Positions 25,201 to 31,900 of a stretch of 50,574 nucleotides of DNA are shown here, in pieces (the stretch's first letter is position 1; each line of letters starts with the position of its first letter). The stretch spans positions 1-50,574 of the forward strand of contig JALORD010000001.1 in NCBI GenBank assembly GCA_025459145.1, read 5' to 3'. This stretch comes from Pirellulaceae bacterium (lineage in GTDB: Bacteria; Planctomycetota; Planctomycetia; Pirellulales; Pirellulaceae). The notes under the pieces were generated by a model that saw only the letters and a list, made by a program, of their open reading frames with translations, did no database searches and was not told the origin of the DNA. Both the position numbers and the translations under genes were made by a program.

Positions 25201-25636
25201 TGTCGCGCAGCGGCGTCGTCCCCGCGCCGAAAATCGTGATCTGGTAGGTGTCGTCCGGCAGCGTCTCGGCAAACCGCATGATCACTTCGCGGTTGTTGTC
25301 TCCCAGACCGATGAAACCGGGCGTGACAACGACGTCGTTGGCTTGGCCAAACTGCCCATCGCCGCCGGCCCGCCGAAGCTGAATGCCATTCGCGATGGTC
25401 GTCGGATCGAGTCCAGGAATGTCCGTAAACCGGAACGTCAGGTCCTGCGGAGCGATCGTGCGCGTATCGCCGTTATTGAGCAGTTCCCCGTTATTGGGAA
25501 GCACGAACACCGCCATCACCCGCCGGTCTTCGAGCTGCTCCAAATGCAGACGCCTCGATTCCTGCCGCGAGAGATCGCGGAACTTTCGGCTCTTCTTCAA
25601 CGCGGAGAGACGCTTCGACGAGCGCTGCGTAGCCAT
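10253..25636 (-). CDS. Giant secreted multidomain protein B (5127 aa, 15.4 kb): LE-D-R leader, Ig-like N-terminus, metzincin HExxHxxGxxH protease motif, PPC-like domains, parallel beta-helix regions, four NExQ modules, FEF[DE] di-modules, GEVED domain, dockerin-like pair, acidic tail
   Basis: Single uninterrupted ORF. ATG 25636 is preceded by GAGGAA 9 nt upstream. Leader: MATQRSSKRLSALKKSRKFRDLSRQESRRLHLEQLEDRRVMA. Zinc motif HEIGHVLGQGH at 24146-24178. PPC-like segments start DIDMYRF, DVDVYSF and DVDWYSL. GDWGGLYF and GDWGGIFF beta-helix signatures, plus NNTIYNSGTGGIRFSG. GEVEDY at 11042-11059. Dockerin-like DVDNNGVVNILDLL and GQINLFDLLAVVNYIV. Confidence 0.92.
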   Translation of the reverse strand: MATQRSSKRLSALKKSRKFRDLSRQESRRLHLEQLEDRRVMAVFVLPNNGELLNNGDTRTIAPQDLTFRFTDIPGLDPTTIANGIQLRRAGGDGQFGQANDVVVTPGFIGLGDNNREVIMRFAETLPDDTYQITIFGAGTTPLRDTAGNPINGGANQSLNFRLDLGAQVIAVVPQPVRKLANGTLAMNEVNPANPAVTRSTQNMVYVYFNDDKLDPASATNREFYRLYVTKNTLDPSDDTEVTPTSVEYDQANNLVRLIFGQVASLDQLAPFNPSTGIKDPIGSFRLRIGTNEPLRNGGQPTVTQRLGATDPGSSFATAYDLGNSITTGSQGATVSLAQAIEAQAYSLVWPGAIHEPGHRDIPAETHLNGGADTAAGVTTRFYNFRPIIGTIPDGIGGSQPAFNLITENQKERAREIFDLYSRYSGIQFIESDDQGIIVATADPRVIAPDIDVNAIAGIASGNLAIMDSNDTWNDSYGANWFQVAMHEIGHVLGQGHTYDLPPLTIQGDDGGLSFGVGPEPVFPGDHDIVHMRHMYRPDSKDIDMYRFTLDGTGVLRLEAFAERLPNSSSLDTTLRLYRVGAGGALEEIARNDDYFSKDSKIELTLGPGTYFVGVTASGNDQYDPTIVDSGMGGTTQGAYELKLDFRKSATQSIVDRTLPTGLIPDTLNVAFDGDADGVPGGVYNFWFRAAPLSIQTGRARTIFVDKAAPNGGNGLISSPYNNIQTAMNAATEFDIVRIVGNGGADGNLATLSDNLAYQIGFGGASGSTPLVDGTDLSVKKNVTVMIDAGAIFQMRRSHIVVGSTAPSIFSDRSGGALQVLGTPTNSVYFTSFNELGPNSIGLDQNPFNVPPAAGDWGGLYFKNDLDTADGRFDHEAVGVFLNYVNHADIRFGGGQVNVDSLSQVVTPINILDRRPAVTFNTISNSANAAMSANPDSFEETNFQAPRFWPTFSNVVGYNPSGIGAASASRSFTLDYDRVGPDIHGNRLVNNSTNALFVRTRTPAGNVLEELTVAGRFDDTDIVHVLEENLSIKGTPSGPTLEETPPPVELVFISELFGQGNYSAGVSLEYKLTFVDALGNESLASESFFTSTTVPNAAILMEQLQEVPSPQYVARKLYRRTSPSQPFTLVDQIPASVTQYLDRNLPTSGNLQQLRVLSTPGSITRPRLDAGLVIDPSIIIKSDGARIDVGIGTNFIAEGFAGQEIVFTSLADDRYGAGSTFDTNNDSPRLPAAPTVATLRQGSASQNEQQTVTLVGTPTAGAFTLTFNGQTSGPIAYSATAAALQTALEGLGNIAPGDVLVSKAGNVWTIEFRGTYANQNVAQMTANIAAIGSPALPGDWGGIFFSPDSQGSIDNAVFAYAGGLNRIEGTFAGFNTLEIHQADVRITQSKFEFNEDGEGGQAPADRFGRGFNAPGTIFVRGAQPVIMDNIGIFNAGAFININVNALNHEKVVDWGRQSGMIEREPGHLDNNGPLILRNRLRDNDLHGMVVRGGTLTTESVWDDTDIVHILFDQITIPDFHTFGGLRLESSPTQSLVVKSSGATAGITATGRPLEIDDRIGGMLHILGQPGVPVVLTGLSDDTEGAGVTPEGLPQYDTDGNGDGTGGGGGGGGLPTGPEVNNGTIIDNDVDPNTVGFFRFQPGPGGSVSFSIPNSLSGVTAQGQTQLLIDQDFIFDFLNYVDVGANGGAIDLSTTTITQAPTLVSDDLVVSQGTFAGANGPVNWRVETRIDDGISIVYNTLILNSASPFGSLRFVNYLDEDVINLTQNLLYQVGSPGQADFRLYTLDNGERIGFSQGGVYAGGPDLVNATYDGWAADAYSDLVTAIEGPGTTYSPTGNIDTTDLTPFIDPALGNVHGLADVTTAMAWTVDPTATTARITTFLELIPQAPIDTGNPGEWQGITIDQWAHDRNVETVLELESGDGSVNSTPSRAQFLGGLGPFEKGGDENLRLGYTMHGVVVNPADVDVYSFQGRSGTEVWIDLDRTTHALDAVVELIDNNGNVLARSNNSVAESAGQESRTGLARAMQKTPPYEGDDFYTTNPRDGGMRLLLPGPTNTTNTYFVRVRSNTGTISVLDVRNGGQLLVTEHVKGFTTPSNADIAEQTPGGGGLNEVQLVFASTGNPFTLTFQGQTTAPISPTASGIAVQNALVALPNIAVGDVIVTEFAPSIWLVEFTGNYANQNLPLMTSGAQVNEIQQISLPAGISGSTFTLTFNGQTTAPISMFAGAAAVQTALVNLSNINPGDVTVTGGGGGPWDVFFGGQYAGQDVPALVGRFNEAQQLAVVGNPAGGGFTLTFGNQTTASIPHTATAAQVQAALEALSNIEPGDVLVTGGVGGPWTVEYRGAYSGVNLPLITANSEGLTGGQTSGSYQLQLRLREVDEFGGTTVRFAKIANAVNGIHVIGQPTHSPLSGEAAETNNATNNTFGGSQFIGNLLNTDRGVLSVGGSMSGLGDVDWYSLNINYDATQGIPGVSTLEDWWSTIFDIDYADGYARPNLIINVFDANGNLVLSSRDSNVADDRPNPLNAADSSDLSRGSSGAADPWIGPVELPQGQYFVAISNDAQLPAVLDQFFQANATNPLVRLEPMNSIQRIVEDHIQFSGGSTGSDPIVPEFIDGESFVPFHLGDVTLYVAREAPVPGVPERTELHMVDPFTGFEEMSVGAFTFDVGDIAFNGTNLFAYQTDLNDTLVIDDADSGRFLQISTQNAAATQVGQSGIVTYEPDPGNPANPVVAHLFNNARVGWGIQLNAMVFGLVDDNPASQRLIAVGNRGEADFNLNGFLQRRRNIVYQMNTDTGAHLVTGGARLNGAATNAREVGEILTSPRIFTVDATSFVAPNTTNFVIQDGLTFSVDDGTGITTFEFDSGPEVRQLIDINNDQPLSNVNSQQHIFDGDFFILDRDADLTNGNETMYQFNTGPVIVVEQGNPIPGGINDGNVVVISDNLGRQRNFEFERAGGIAAGNIAVNIGTNTDPAAIATILSGAINGQTGGGYSVTTRVFGNRISLENDGAVAVASAAGLRVDGDINPAPVLDALPGDQIADGTIFTVSSSNTGTLTFEFEKGGGVTGTNIAVNINNAMTAVQVANAIEAAVDASSISLFASTPARVLGSRVVLNAPGISYGQGTSPIVNLTAFYTGQAQFFNVDTSSAGVTVEETSPARIVGQAVQTVVNNVASPFTAAFDDHRINFAAFPQGGGKFPTVEADFSGVTAWQVVTTSAFGVAAGNVSIPFLANDTALALLGGPSIATRIATAINNALSPAVTAQAVGSNVDLSSGLVIVDPAGPLTTAGEGPGGNIIGIALIDDDSDPNPLETTQDDMYAISDRGGLYKVELDLVDNSNLPDFGNINQVFTQYIRTSEADLRGINFQSLTRGPNSVEGTRYQNLLFGMTDDGEMYAFNSQGILQPIFTNGATSIDTGLNNVRGIAFGQLEANPWTTTPNSDPNNNHRQNDPGHGLEPIFDESRNSRSNGGSSIHFGRGQNSDLNFNGGSYGTVISNEFSLQGYSAADQPVLYFNYFAETENRTDILTDSVQMADSFRVFVADDSGDWELVATNNSGRGPELLDDEYDYGTTLGLPLVQELFDGTAGSPGGWRQARVDLAAYAGRENLRLRFDYSSAGDMQVGDFRFTGDELRAVEARFINDGDTTTIDGTPFQFELGYTLHVGSGAAFTDGQTFTIDDDLTDGVAPVVFEFEKAGGVASGRIAVPISNSSTPQQVAAAIINAINASALVINPVYLGDDVIQLPEAQSFTTTVLLSGFVTGEFGPSPGSPANTVLVPILRSWDRVQVADALNDEIEIALYDQQILAVSPFNTAGNPAIVDGDTFTLTLDGVDTVFEFESGYVLNVPSLGAALTGPAANRVLDNSVGSGTAEGFQITANGNTVRFEFDGDAVTHLVNPSHVAIPVNSSFTQLGVARAVANAINASGLGITATVLSGSRVQIDTTGNDTVVFAAGTWNAAVGGGNVLVATPGKYTTAGTPGVANPLAEPVLFQPSSTFRASQIAATMVTSINASALGSVITASSGAAGGADQRRVELVGPDVTVTSTVPGIGLELNNVVANDVVKQHRDLIRIIGYSVDDPGPLGFDDALEADEFGNFNSTQRMAANTFEGVYFDDIIIGFAERGEMAVNAGANTGFAANPLNVGNNIETGEYQLEIRRGAEAGIPAGSPDSLALLPSFDTNERLARTRMLIAPTGAEIFDTQIFTLSDGVNNVTFEFNDASTPGGSGVTQGRIRIDYFPSDSAEIIARRIRAAIHSAPVQSVLRIAAQLSDGVLGNNSTTNWLNLLGSISIPNPGGLNFVAYNEQYGDRNHFRDQGQIILYGNEIVNSSEWGILIDAAPRNAADGNLPHPGSVRNLQELNTQRLVPGVVVMNNTIYNSGTGGIRFSGDPAADAAVPFGRIVNNTLYGQGGSLTSTAVVDTGIQVDQNAAPTILNNIVANFTTGINVDASSQGPTRTVLGGTVYQGNINNSNIGLGGSFPIVVPNSQPLFVNPDVGNFYPAFGSPAIDSSVDSLLDRPALVTVRNPLGILQSPILSPDRDGVGQLRVDDPNVNTPQGFGLNPFKDRGAIDRVDFVGPTSLLISPPDNDAEGTDLDPAPTTVVRANDIIREFRIQLIDRFDVNAPPEGSDVDDFTVTAATVVVEVLDGPNAGILDQGIDYSFSYDATNNTIILNPLGGIWPLGRTYRIYLNNSLTGIRDQAGNPLLPNQADGISHYYTIFLGSAVDWGDAPASYGVLAANNGPSHTLNPNIRLGATAGAEADGQPSASANADSGDDGLLAYVLSRGALSSVTIEASAVGFVHVWVDLDQDGTFDTDEYLVQGATFDTPGAAAIFDLGILPDGGQGDSFMRIRFTTGSINSPVGPAPDGEVEDYLIQITGPAYHNGNPNTVPADVDNNGVVNILDLLHVVNFLTYLESKLITPGSPLTVPPTSPPYRADDLPEFDPSGGGVPGAARYIDVSDQNPSGTGYGQINLFDLLAVVNYIVANFDPGDGEGEAAPADGGEGEASPTIAPTTYAAAATTSSSTSSRSSSHRASLVDSATLYAAGNITLEVRERSASPLVETEWEDESDEDDLLALMAAGQAAGVATDDDSLAFDRHLHRQSPMGPLDADSWESLLSELAQDVGGLPDDDFLS
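11042..11482 (-). other. GEVED-type domain of giant protein B
   Basis: WGDAPASYG...GPSH...RLG...ADSGDDG...WVDLDQDGTFD...PDGEVEDYLIQI. The terminal GEVEDY motif is the namesake of the GEVED domain as I recall it. Confidence 0.6.
12890..17110 (-). repeat. Region of giant protein B carrying at least 8 FEF[DE] modules, arranged as short + long di-modules
   Basis: Short type: DGLTFSVDDGTGITTFEFDSG, DGDTTTIDGTPFQFELGY, DGDTFTLTLDGVDTVFEFESGY. Long type: ...NFEFERAGGIAAGNIAVNIGTNTDPAAIATILSGAING, ...TLTFEFEKGGGVTGTNIAVNINNAMTAVQVANAIEAAVDAS, ...VVFEFEKAGGVASGRIAVPISNSSTPQQVAAAIINAINAS, ...VRFEFDGD...VAIPVNSSFTQLGVARAVANAINAS, ...VTFEFNDAS...GRIRIDYFPSDSAEIIARRIRAAIHSA. Confidence 0.75.
18575..19309 (-). 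repeat. Three tandem ~80-aa NExQ modules in giant protein B (a fourth isolated copy lies at 21662-21898)
   Basis: The copies start NEVQLVFASTGNPFTLTFQGQTTAPI (19309), NEIQQISLPAGISGSTFTLTFNGQTTAPI (19064) and NEAQQLAVVGNPAGGGFTLTFGNQTTASI (18814). Each continues ...VQ-x-AL-x-L-x-NI-x-x-GDV-x-V...W-x-V-x-[FY]-x-G-x-Y. Confidence 0.85.
24146..24178 (-). other. Metzincin-type zinc-binding motif HEIGHVLGQGH inside giant protein B (about aa 487-497)
   Basis: HExxHxxGxxH is followed about 40 aa later by a Met-turn-like HMRHMYRP (compare matrixin ALMYP). A PPC-like domain follows immediately (DIDMYRFTLDGTGVLRLEAF...NDDYF...GTYFVGV). Confidence 0.7.
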
Positions 25637-25832
25637 GAACCATTCCTCAAGTTGTCAACGGAGTTCAACGATTCCCCAAAGGGCGGGAAACTGCCACGAA
25701 ATCTCTAGGAAAGATGGCAGCCCGCATTTAGCCAGTCGCGTTTCGACACAACTCCAAGCTCCATCGCTAGATACGAAATGCCCGGCCGGGCGATCTAGGG
25801 AAGCTGCGCACGGGGAAACGACTGAACTCGGA

Positions 25833-25860
25833 TTATAATTGGGGGTAAATGCCTTGCAAT
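25833..25860 (-). promoter_or_regulatory. Candidate sigma70-type promoter for giant gene B: TTGCAA-N16-TATAAT
   Basis: The minus strand reads TTTTCATTGCAA-GGCATTTACCCCCAAT-TATAAT-CCGAG. A perfect -10 hexamer stands out in this GC-rich DNA. It implies a 5' UTR of about 195 nt before ATG 25636. Confidence 0.4.
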
Positions 25861-25995
25861 GAAAATGCGCGCTGGGCAATCGGCGCAAGCCAAGGCGCGC
25901 TTGCCGCCGCGGCCGCATGTAGCGGTTGCAGCGTTAGACGCTATCTGCCAACTGGGAGTTCCCCAACTTCTTGGCAGGGGGCGTATGCAAGCCCG

Positions 25996-26014
25996 ACGCC
26001 CCTCTTTCGGGCGT
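25996..26014 (-). terminator. Small hairpin about 80 nt downstream of the Hsp70-like gene (weak terminator candidate)
   Basis: ACGCCC-ctctttc-GGGCGT, a 6-bp stem with no U-tract. Confidence 0.2.
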
Positions 26015-26094
26015 TGCGAGACGAAGAGTCCCAATGACTAAACGAGTCCGCAGTAGGCTGGACACTCGTGGCCAGTCAATGAATTGAAGCAGCC

Positions 26095-27885
26095 CTACCC
26101 TTCCGCATCGTGCCGAACGCTGAACTCCAGCTTCCAGCGCTGGGCCGATTTGGTGCTCTGGCACCACAGCTCAAACACACCGAGTTCGGTGATTCGCGAC
26201 TGGAATCGGACGGGGACGTAGTCCTCCTCGACCGCTTCATCACGGGGAAGCGCCGCTTCCATCGAATCGGTTTCGGCCAGTTCCTCCTCGGTCCAGCTGG
26301 CGAGCAAGTCCCCCGGCTGATCCTGCTTGCGCACGGGGGAGCTGAAAAAGCGAAACGTCGCTTTATCGCCGACAACGAGACCGATTTCTCCCGAGGGAAC
26401 ATCGATGCTGGACCCCTCTTCCAGGCCGAAGGGGACGACGCACAAAGCCCGCAGCGGCCGCGGAGCGCCGGGAATGGCGAGGCCTGACGTCTCGATTCCC
26501 ACGTAGTACGACCGAGCCGTGCCCCCCCGAATCCGCACGCCCCCATGCTGCTTCGCCCAGGCATAGTACGCCGCCCCGCGGGCGACGGCATGGTCGAGAT
26601 CCTGTTCGCCGGCCAAGAGCCGCGGCGGTGCGTCGGGAGCCCAGGAGCCGAGGACGTCGAGCAGCCGGGCGCGAAACAGGTCCGATTTGAAGACGCCGCC
26701 ATTGAACAGGACATGAGTCGGGCGGACGGAGCGTCCGCCGTCGCCGTGGGCGGCCAGAAACGCCGCCAGATGCCGCGTGACGCCGGCGTCCGATTCGAAC
26801 GGCAAGCCGATTTCCTGAAAGCCGCTGGCTCGCCGCCGGGCCGGCCGATCGGCCGCGCCGCAGCTGGGAAAGAAGCCTTCCAGGAGCAAATCGGCGGCGG
26901 CCTGCCGCTCGATATCGACCGAGACCGTCCCGCCGATCAGCTTGCTGCCGCGTCCCAGAACGCTGATCGGATGCTTCTTCGGACCATCGGCCGCGAGCAG
27001 CGTTTCCTTCGCTGTCCGGCACGAATGCCAGAGCGAGACCGACTGCCACGGATCGAGTTTGACACCTTTCGTCTGAAATTTCTGGGCCACATGGTGGGCC
27101 AGCGCCAGGTCCATGTTGTCGCCGCCCACGAGCAAATGATCGCCCACGGCAATCCGCCGCAGAACCAGTTCGCCCCCTTCTTCGGCGACGCCCACAAGTG
27201 TGAGGTCCGTGGTGCCGCCCCCCACATCGCACACGAGCAGCGTTTCACCCACTTTCACGGCCTTGCGCCAGCGATCACCCATCGCTGTGAGCCAGGCGTA
27301 GACTGCCGCTTGCGGCTCTTCGAGCAAAATCAGATTGGCGGGCAATCCCGCCGCCAGTGCCGCTTCGTGCGTCAGCTCCCGGGCTGCCGCATCGAACGAC
27401 GCCGGGACGGTGAGCACGACCATCTGTTCGGCAATCGGCGCCTCGGGATGCGCATGGTGCCAGGCGGCGACCAGATGTTCGAGATACCGCCGCGAGGCCG
27501 TGACGGGCGAGATTTTCGGCACTTCGGCGGGCGCTTGCCAAGGAAGAATCGCCTGGTGCCGGTCGACTTTGCTATGGCAGAGCCACGACTTGGCTCCCAC
27601 GACGGTCCGCTGCGGATTCTCGGCCGACATCCGCCGGGCCATCTCGCCGACGACGAACGTGTTTCCTTGCCGCCACGGCAGGTCGAAAACAGTGCCCGCC
27701 GCTTCGTGCTCGGGAGCCAGGTAGATAAACGACGGGAGCGACGAACGGCTCTCGACGACGCCCGGCGCGACGAGCTGCGGAATCGCCAGCAACTCGACCG
27801 TGGGCTGCTCGACCGCGAGCGGCGCGAAAGCGACCACGCTATTGGTGGTTCCCAGGTCGATTCCAATTACGTACTGCGGAGCCAT
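26095..27885 (-). CDS. Atypical Hsp70-family ATPase (596 aa) with a non-canonical C-terminal domain
   Basis: Actin/Hsp70 NBD motifs: IGIDLGTTNSVVAF (phosphate 1), VCDVGGGTTDLTLV (phosphate 2), VGGDNMD and NGGVFKS. After about aa 400 the sequence does not resemble the DnaK substrate-binding domain or lid, and there is no EEVD-like tail. GAGG lies 6 nt upstream of ATG 27885. Confidence 0.88.
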   Translation of the reverse strand: MAPQYVIGIDLGTTNSVVAFAPLAVEQPTVELLAIPQLVAPGVVESRSSLPSFIYLAPEHEAAGTVFDLPWRQGNTFVVGEMARRMSAENPQRTVVGAKSWLCHSKVDRHQAILPWQAPAEVPKISPVTASRRYLEHLVAAWHHAHPEAPIAEQMVVLTVPASFDAAARELTHEAALAAGLPANLILLEEPQAAVYAWLTAMGDRWRKAVKVGETLLVCDVGGGTTDLTLVGVAEEGGELVLRRIAVGDHLLVGGDNMDLALAHHVAQKFQTKGVKLDPWQSVSLWHSCRTAKETLLAADGPKKHPISVLGRGSKLIGGTVSVDIERQAAADLLLEGFFPSCGAADRPARRRASGFQEIGLPFESDAGVTRHLAAFLAAHGDGGRSVRPTHVLFNGGVFKSDLFRARLLDVLGSWAPDAPPRLLAGEQDLDHAVARGAAYYAWAKQHGGVRIRGGTARSYYVGIETSGLAIPGAPRPLRALCVVPFGLEEGSSIDVPSGEIGLVVGDKATFRFFSSPVRKQDQPGDLLASWTEEELAETDSMEAALPRDEAVEEDYVPVRFQSRITELGVFELWCQSTKSAQRWKLEFSVRHDAEG

Positions 27886-27913
27886 TATGACCTCGATGCG
27901 TTATGCGAAGGGA

Positions 27914-27941
27914 GGAGGTCCGAGATCGGAGGTCAGACGTC
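27914..27941 (+). repeat. Intergenic heptad array, copy 2 (GGAGGTC CGAGATC GGAGGTC AGACGTC) in the DUF2760-Hsp70 spacer
   Basis: Same 7-mer / 14-mer periodicity as 4575-4616 and 36861-36890. It is followed by the hairpin GTCGG-caaatatt-CCGAC and an inverted degenerate heptad arm at 27951-27980. Confidence 0.7.
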
Positions 27942-27971
27942 GGCAAATATTCCGACTTCCAACCCAGGAAT

Positions 27972-28520
27972 CTAAACCTCCACCTCTACCGGAGCGACGA
28001 CCAGCGCCGCTTCCTTCGACCCGGTCCATGTCGGCACGTTGACCTTCGTAGCCAGCCAGCCGCGATGGGCGAGCTTTCCCCGAAACGGACCATTTCCCTC
28101 GACATTGCCAGTGAGTCGATAGCGGCCCGGGTCATATCCCGCCGGAACGACGGCCGGGGCCCCCTCCTCCTCGCTGGCCGCCGGCCGCAGCCCCAGACAT
28201 CGCTCGAGGACCGTGCGGGCGTCTTTCAGGACATTGCGAGCGGCCCCGCCGATCTGTTCGTCGGTATAGCTGTCGAGCGGCTCTTCGATCAGATCGACGA
28301 GCCGCGCCTCGCGCTGGAGGGCAGCGAGCAGCGAGATGGCTTCGCTCCTCGTCGGAGGGGGGGGAGCAGTTGGTGCCGGCTTCGACGTCGGCGGCGCTCC
28401 GTCAACATGGGTGACTTTTGGCAACGTCTGGCCCTCGAGGGCCGCCCGGATTTGCTGAGCCCGCTCGCCACTGAAGAGGGCTGCGAAAAAGGCCCGAAAG
28501 GCCGTGCCAATTTGTCCCAT
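27972..28520 (-). CDS. DUF2760-like protein (182 aa), upstream partner of the Hsp70-like gene
   Basis: MGQIGTAFRAFFAALFSGERAQQIRAALEG...ALQREARLVDLIEEPL...YRLTGNVEGNGPFRGKLAHRGWLATKV. The N-terminal amphipathic segment and the position directly upstream of an Hsp70 paralog fit my recollection of DUF2760. AGGA lies 8 nt upstream of ATG 28520. Confidence 0.6.
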   Translation of the reverse strand: MGQIGTAFRAFFAALFSGERAQQIRAALEGQTLPKVTHVDGAPPTSKPAPTAPPPPTRSEAISLLAALQREARLVDLIEEPLDSYTDEQIGGAARNVLKDARTVLERCLGLRPAASEEEGAPAVVPAGYDPGRYRLTGNVEGNGPFRGKLAHRGWLATKVNVPTWTGSKEAALVVAPVEVEV

Positions 28521-28991
28521 CCGATTGTCCTGTAATGGCTTGCGGCGATTGTCTTGGTGCCAAGGTCAAGCTTTGCGGCGCGCAGAGAACGCGCCGCCCG
28601 CCCGAAGCGTCTAACGGAGCGGCCAAGGGTGGAGCGCGACTTGCAACGGAGCGGGTCCGCAGGAATCTCCCTCGGGCCTAGTACAAGCCGCATGGCCCAG
28701 GCTGTCAATCGGCCCCAGGAATTCGAACCAATTCGATGACGCGTTCGCAGTCACTATATAAGCTGGAAGGGGTCGGTGTGCTTTTGGGGGGCATCTCGAC
28801 CTTTCCGGGGGAATACGACTTCCCTCGTTCCCTGGCGTCCCGTCCCGGAACACGCGCCGCCAGCAGTCTGTCGCCCAGTACCTCCCGCCACGACGGTGCG
28901 GTGATGGGCTCCGTTGTCGGCTGATCCGCCGTAGACCGCGGTCGGATTCCCGTGCGCAGCAACACTTGAGAGAAGCAGGACCAATCGGAAG

Positions 28992-31900
28992 ATGTCGAAA
29001 CCAGCACACCGCTCGTTTGCCAGCCGAACTCTTCACCGCATGCGCCAACTGTGGCAGGGCCGCCGCCGCAAGCTCGAGCGTCAAGATCGCCGGGCTGCTT
29101 TCCTCTTCGAACCGCTCGAATCGCGGCACCTGATGGCGGGCGATCTCGATCTGGGCGAAGGCGAGGGGACCGCGCCGACGCTGGCCGAGCTTCCCGATAT
29201 CGTGCTGAACGCCGGTTCGCCCCAGTGGGTGCCGCTCGATGGGTTCGACGTCGACGGCGGCACGCTCACCTACACCGTGACGAGCAGCAACCCGAGCCTG
29301 GTGCAGGGGACGGTGCCGACTGGCAACAAGAGCCTGAAGATGTCGGTCGCCGGTTTCGGCGACATGTACTTTCAGCTGTTTGAGCATCTTACGCCGCGGG
29401 TGACCAACCGGATCATCCAGCTGGTCGAGTCGGGCTTTTACGACGACACCGCAACCAACACGATCACGTTTCACCGCATTCTGAATGACTTTGTGATTCA
29501 GGCGGGCGATCCGACCGGCACGGGAAGCGGGGGCTCGACGCTGGGGGATTTCGACGACCAGTTCCACGTCGACCTGCAGCACAATCGCTCCGGCCTCTTG
29601 TCGATGGCCAAGTCGAGCGACGATACGAACGATTCGCAGTTCTTCATTACCGAAGAAAAGAACGAGTCGCAGCAGATCACGCTCGTCGGCAGCCCAACCG
29701 GCGGCACATTCACGTTGACCTACTTCAACCAGACGACCGCCCCGATTGCCTTCAATTCGAACGGCGACTTCACCGCGATGGCGGCGAGCATCAAGAGCGC
29801 TCTGGAGAGCCTGTCGCTGATCGGCGCGGGAAATGTCAACGTCACACACGATCCGGTGCGGAACGAGTCGAACCAGATTACCGACAATCGCCGCTGGAAG
29901 GTCGAGTTCATCAATGAGCTGGGCCACCAAGAGGTGGTGAATCTTACGGGCAACGCCAGCGGCCTGACCGGCGGAGCCAATCGCAGCATCAGCGTCGTCG
30001 AGAGCAAATCGGCCCGGCACCTCGACTTCAACCACTCGATCTTCGGCATTCTCACGCAGGGCGAATCGGTCCGCGACGCGATCAGCAACGTCACCACCAA
30101 TGCCCAGGGCACGCCGACGAACCCGCCGGTCATCAGCAATGTCGACGTGATCGTCGATCCGGAAAACGGCGCGCTCCTGCTCAAGGCCGCTGAAGGGGCC
30201 AGCGGCGAATCCAACATCACCGTCCGCGTGACCGACGCCGAAGGGAACTTCTTCGAACGCACGTTCAGCGTGATCGTCACGCCCGACGGCTTCAACGGCG
30301 CTCCGTTCCTGAACGACATCGCGCCGATCCAGGCCACGGCCGGCCAACCGGTGCAACTGCAGCTTTCCGCGCAGGACGCCGAGGGAAATGCGTTCTTTTT
30401 TGACGCGGTCAAGCCAACCGGCAACACCGTCAACTACACACTGAACGTCAATAACAACACGGGGCTCGTGACGATCACGCCCCCCGTGGGCTTTTCGGGT
30501 TCGTTTCAGGTCCTCGTAGCGGTGCGGGGCACGACCACGACCGACACCGGCGACCAGTTCGACCGGCAACTCGTGACCGTCAATGTCGGCGCCACCGCAC
30601 CGACGGCAATCAACCTGTTGGCGGTCTCAGATACCGGCTTCAGCGATACCGACAACATCACCAACGCCAGCTCGCTGCAGTTCCAGATTTCGGGAGTCAC
30701 GAGCGGCGCGGTCGTGAAGCTCAAGAAGGGGACGGAGGTTATTGCCCAGGGGACCGCTGCCGGCACCTCGATCACGCTGACGGTCAACAATTCGTCCACG
30801 ACGCTGGGGGAAGGAACCCACACCCTTACCGCCACGCAGACAATCGGCAGCAGCCAGGAGAGCGCCGCTTCGCCGGCTCTCTATGTCACGCTCGACACCA
30901 CGGCCCCCGGCGCATTCACGACTACTCCGCCGACCGAGGCCTCGGTCGGCCTGCCGCTCGTTTACGACGCCACGGCCCCCGGCGAAGGGTCGGCCGGCTT
31001 TGTGTACACGCTCGGCTCGGCACCAGCCGGGGCCCAGATCAGCGGCGTGACGGGCGAACTGATCTGGACTCCTGCCGAGAATCAGGTGGGGAGCCACGTC
31101 TTCCAGATCATCGCGACCGATCCGGCCGGCAACAGCACGTCGCAGACGGTCAACCTCACGGTCGGCGAGCCGCTGGAGGCCGAGTTGCTGATCACGCTGG
31201 TCTTGGTCGATGCCGACGAGAATCCCGTGACGAGCCTGGGAGTCGGGCAGGACTTCTTCCTGCAGATCTTCGTGCAGGATGTGAGCAACGATCCGCAGGG
31301 GGTCTTCTCGGCGTATCTCGATGTCCTGTTCGATGCCCTCAAGGCCGAAGCGACGGGACCGATCGTATTTGGGTCGAACTACCAGCTCTTCCAATCGGGG
31401 ACGACTAGTACCGCGGGTCTGATCAATGAGGTCGGCGCGGTTGGTCCACTAACTACGCCGACAGGCTCGGGCGTAACCGAGCTCGCCCGGATTCCCATGC
31501 GAGCCAAGCAGGCCGGCCTGCTCACGTTCACCGCCGATCCGGCCGACGACCTGGCCAACCATATTACGGCCCTGTACGGCGAAGAAGGCTCGGTTGACTT
31601 CGCCGCGATCCGCTTCGGCACCGCGTCGATCGAAGTTGAAACGACCTTCCTCACCGTCAACGATACATTCAATGTCGACGAGGATTCGCAGAACCAGTCC
31701 CTCAATCCGCTGGCCAACGACGAAATCGAGGCCGGTTCGGGGGACGTGCTCACGATCGATTCGGTCGGCACGCCTAGCAATGGCGGCACCGTCACCATCT
31801 CGACGAACGGCAAGACACTCATTTACACCCCGGCGGCCAACTTCTTTGGCACCGAGACCTTTACCTACACGGCCGAGAATCAGGACGGCGCCAAGTCGAC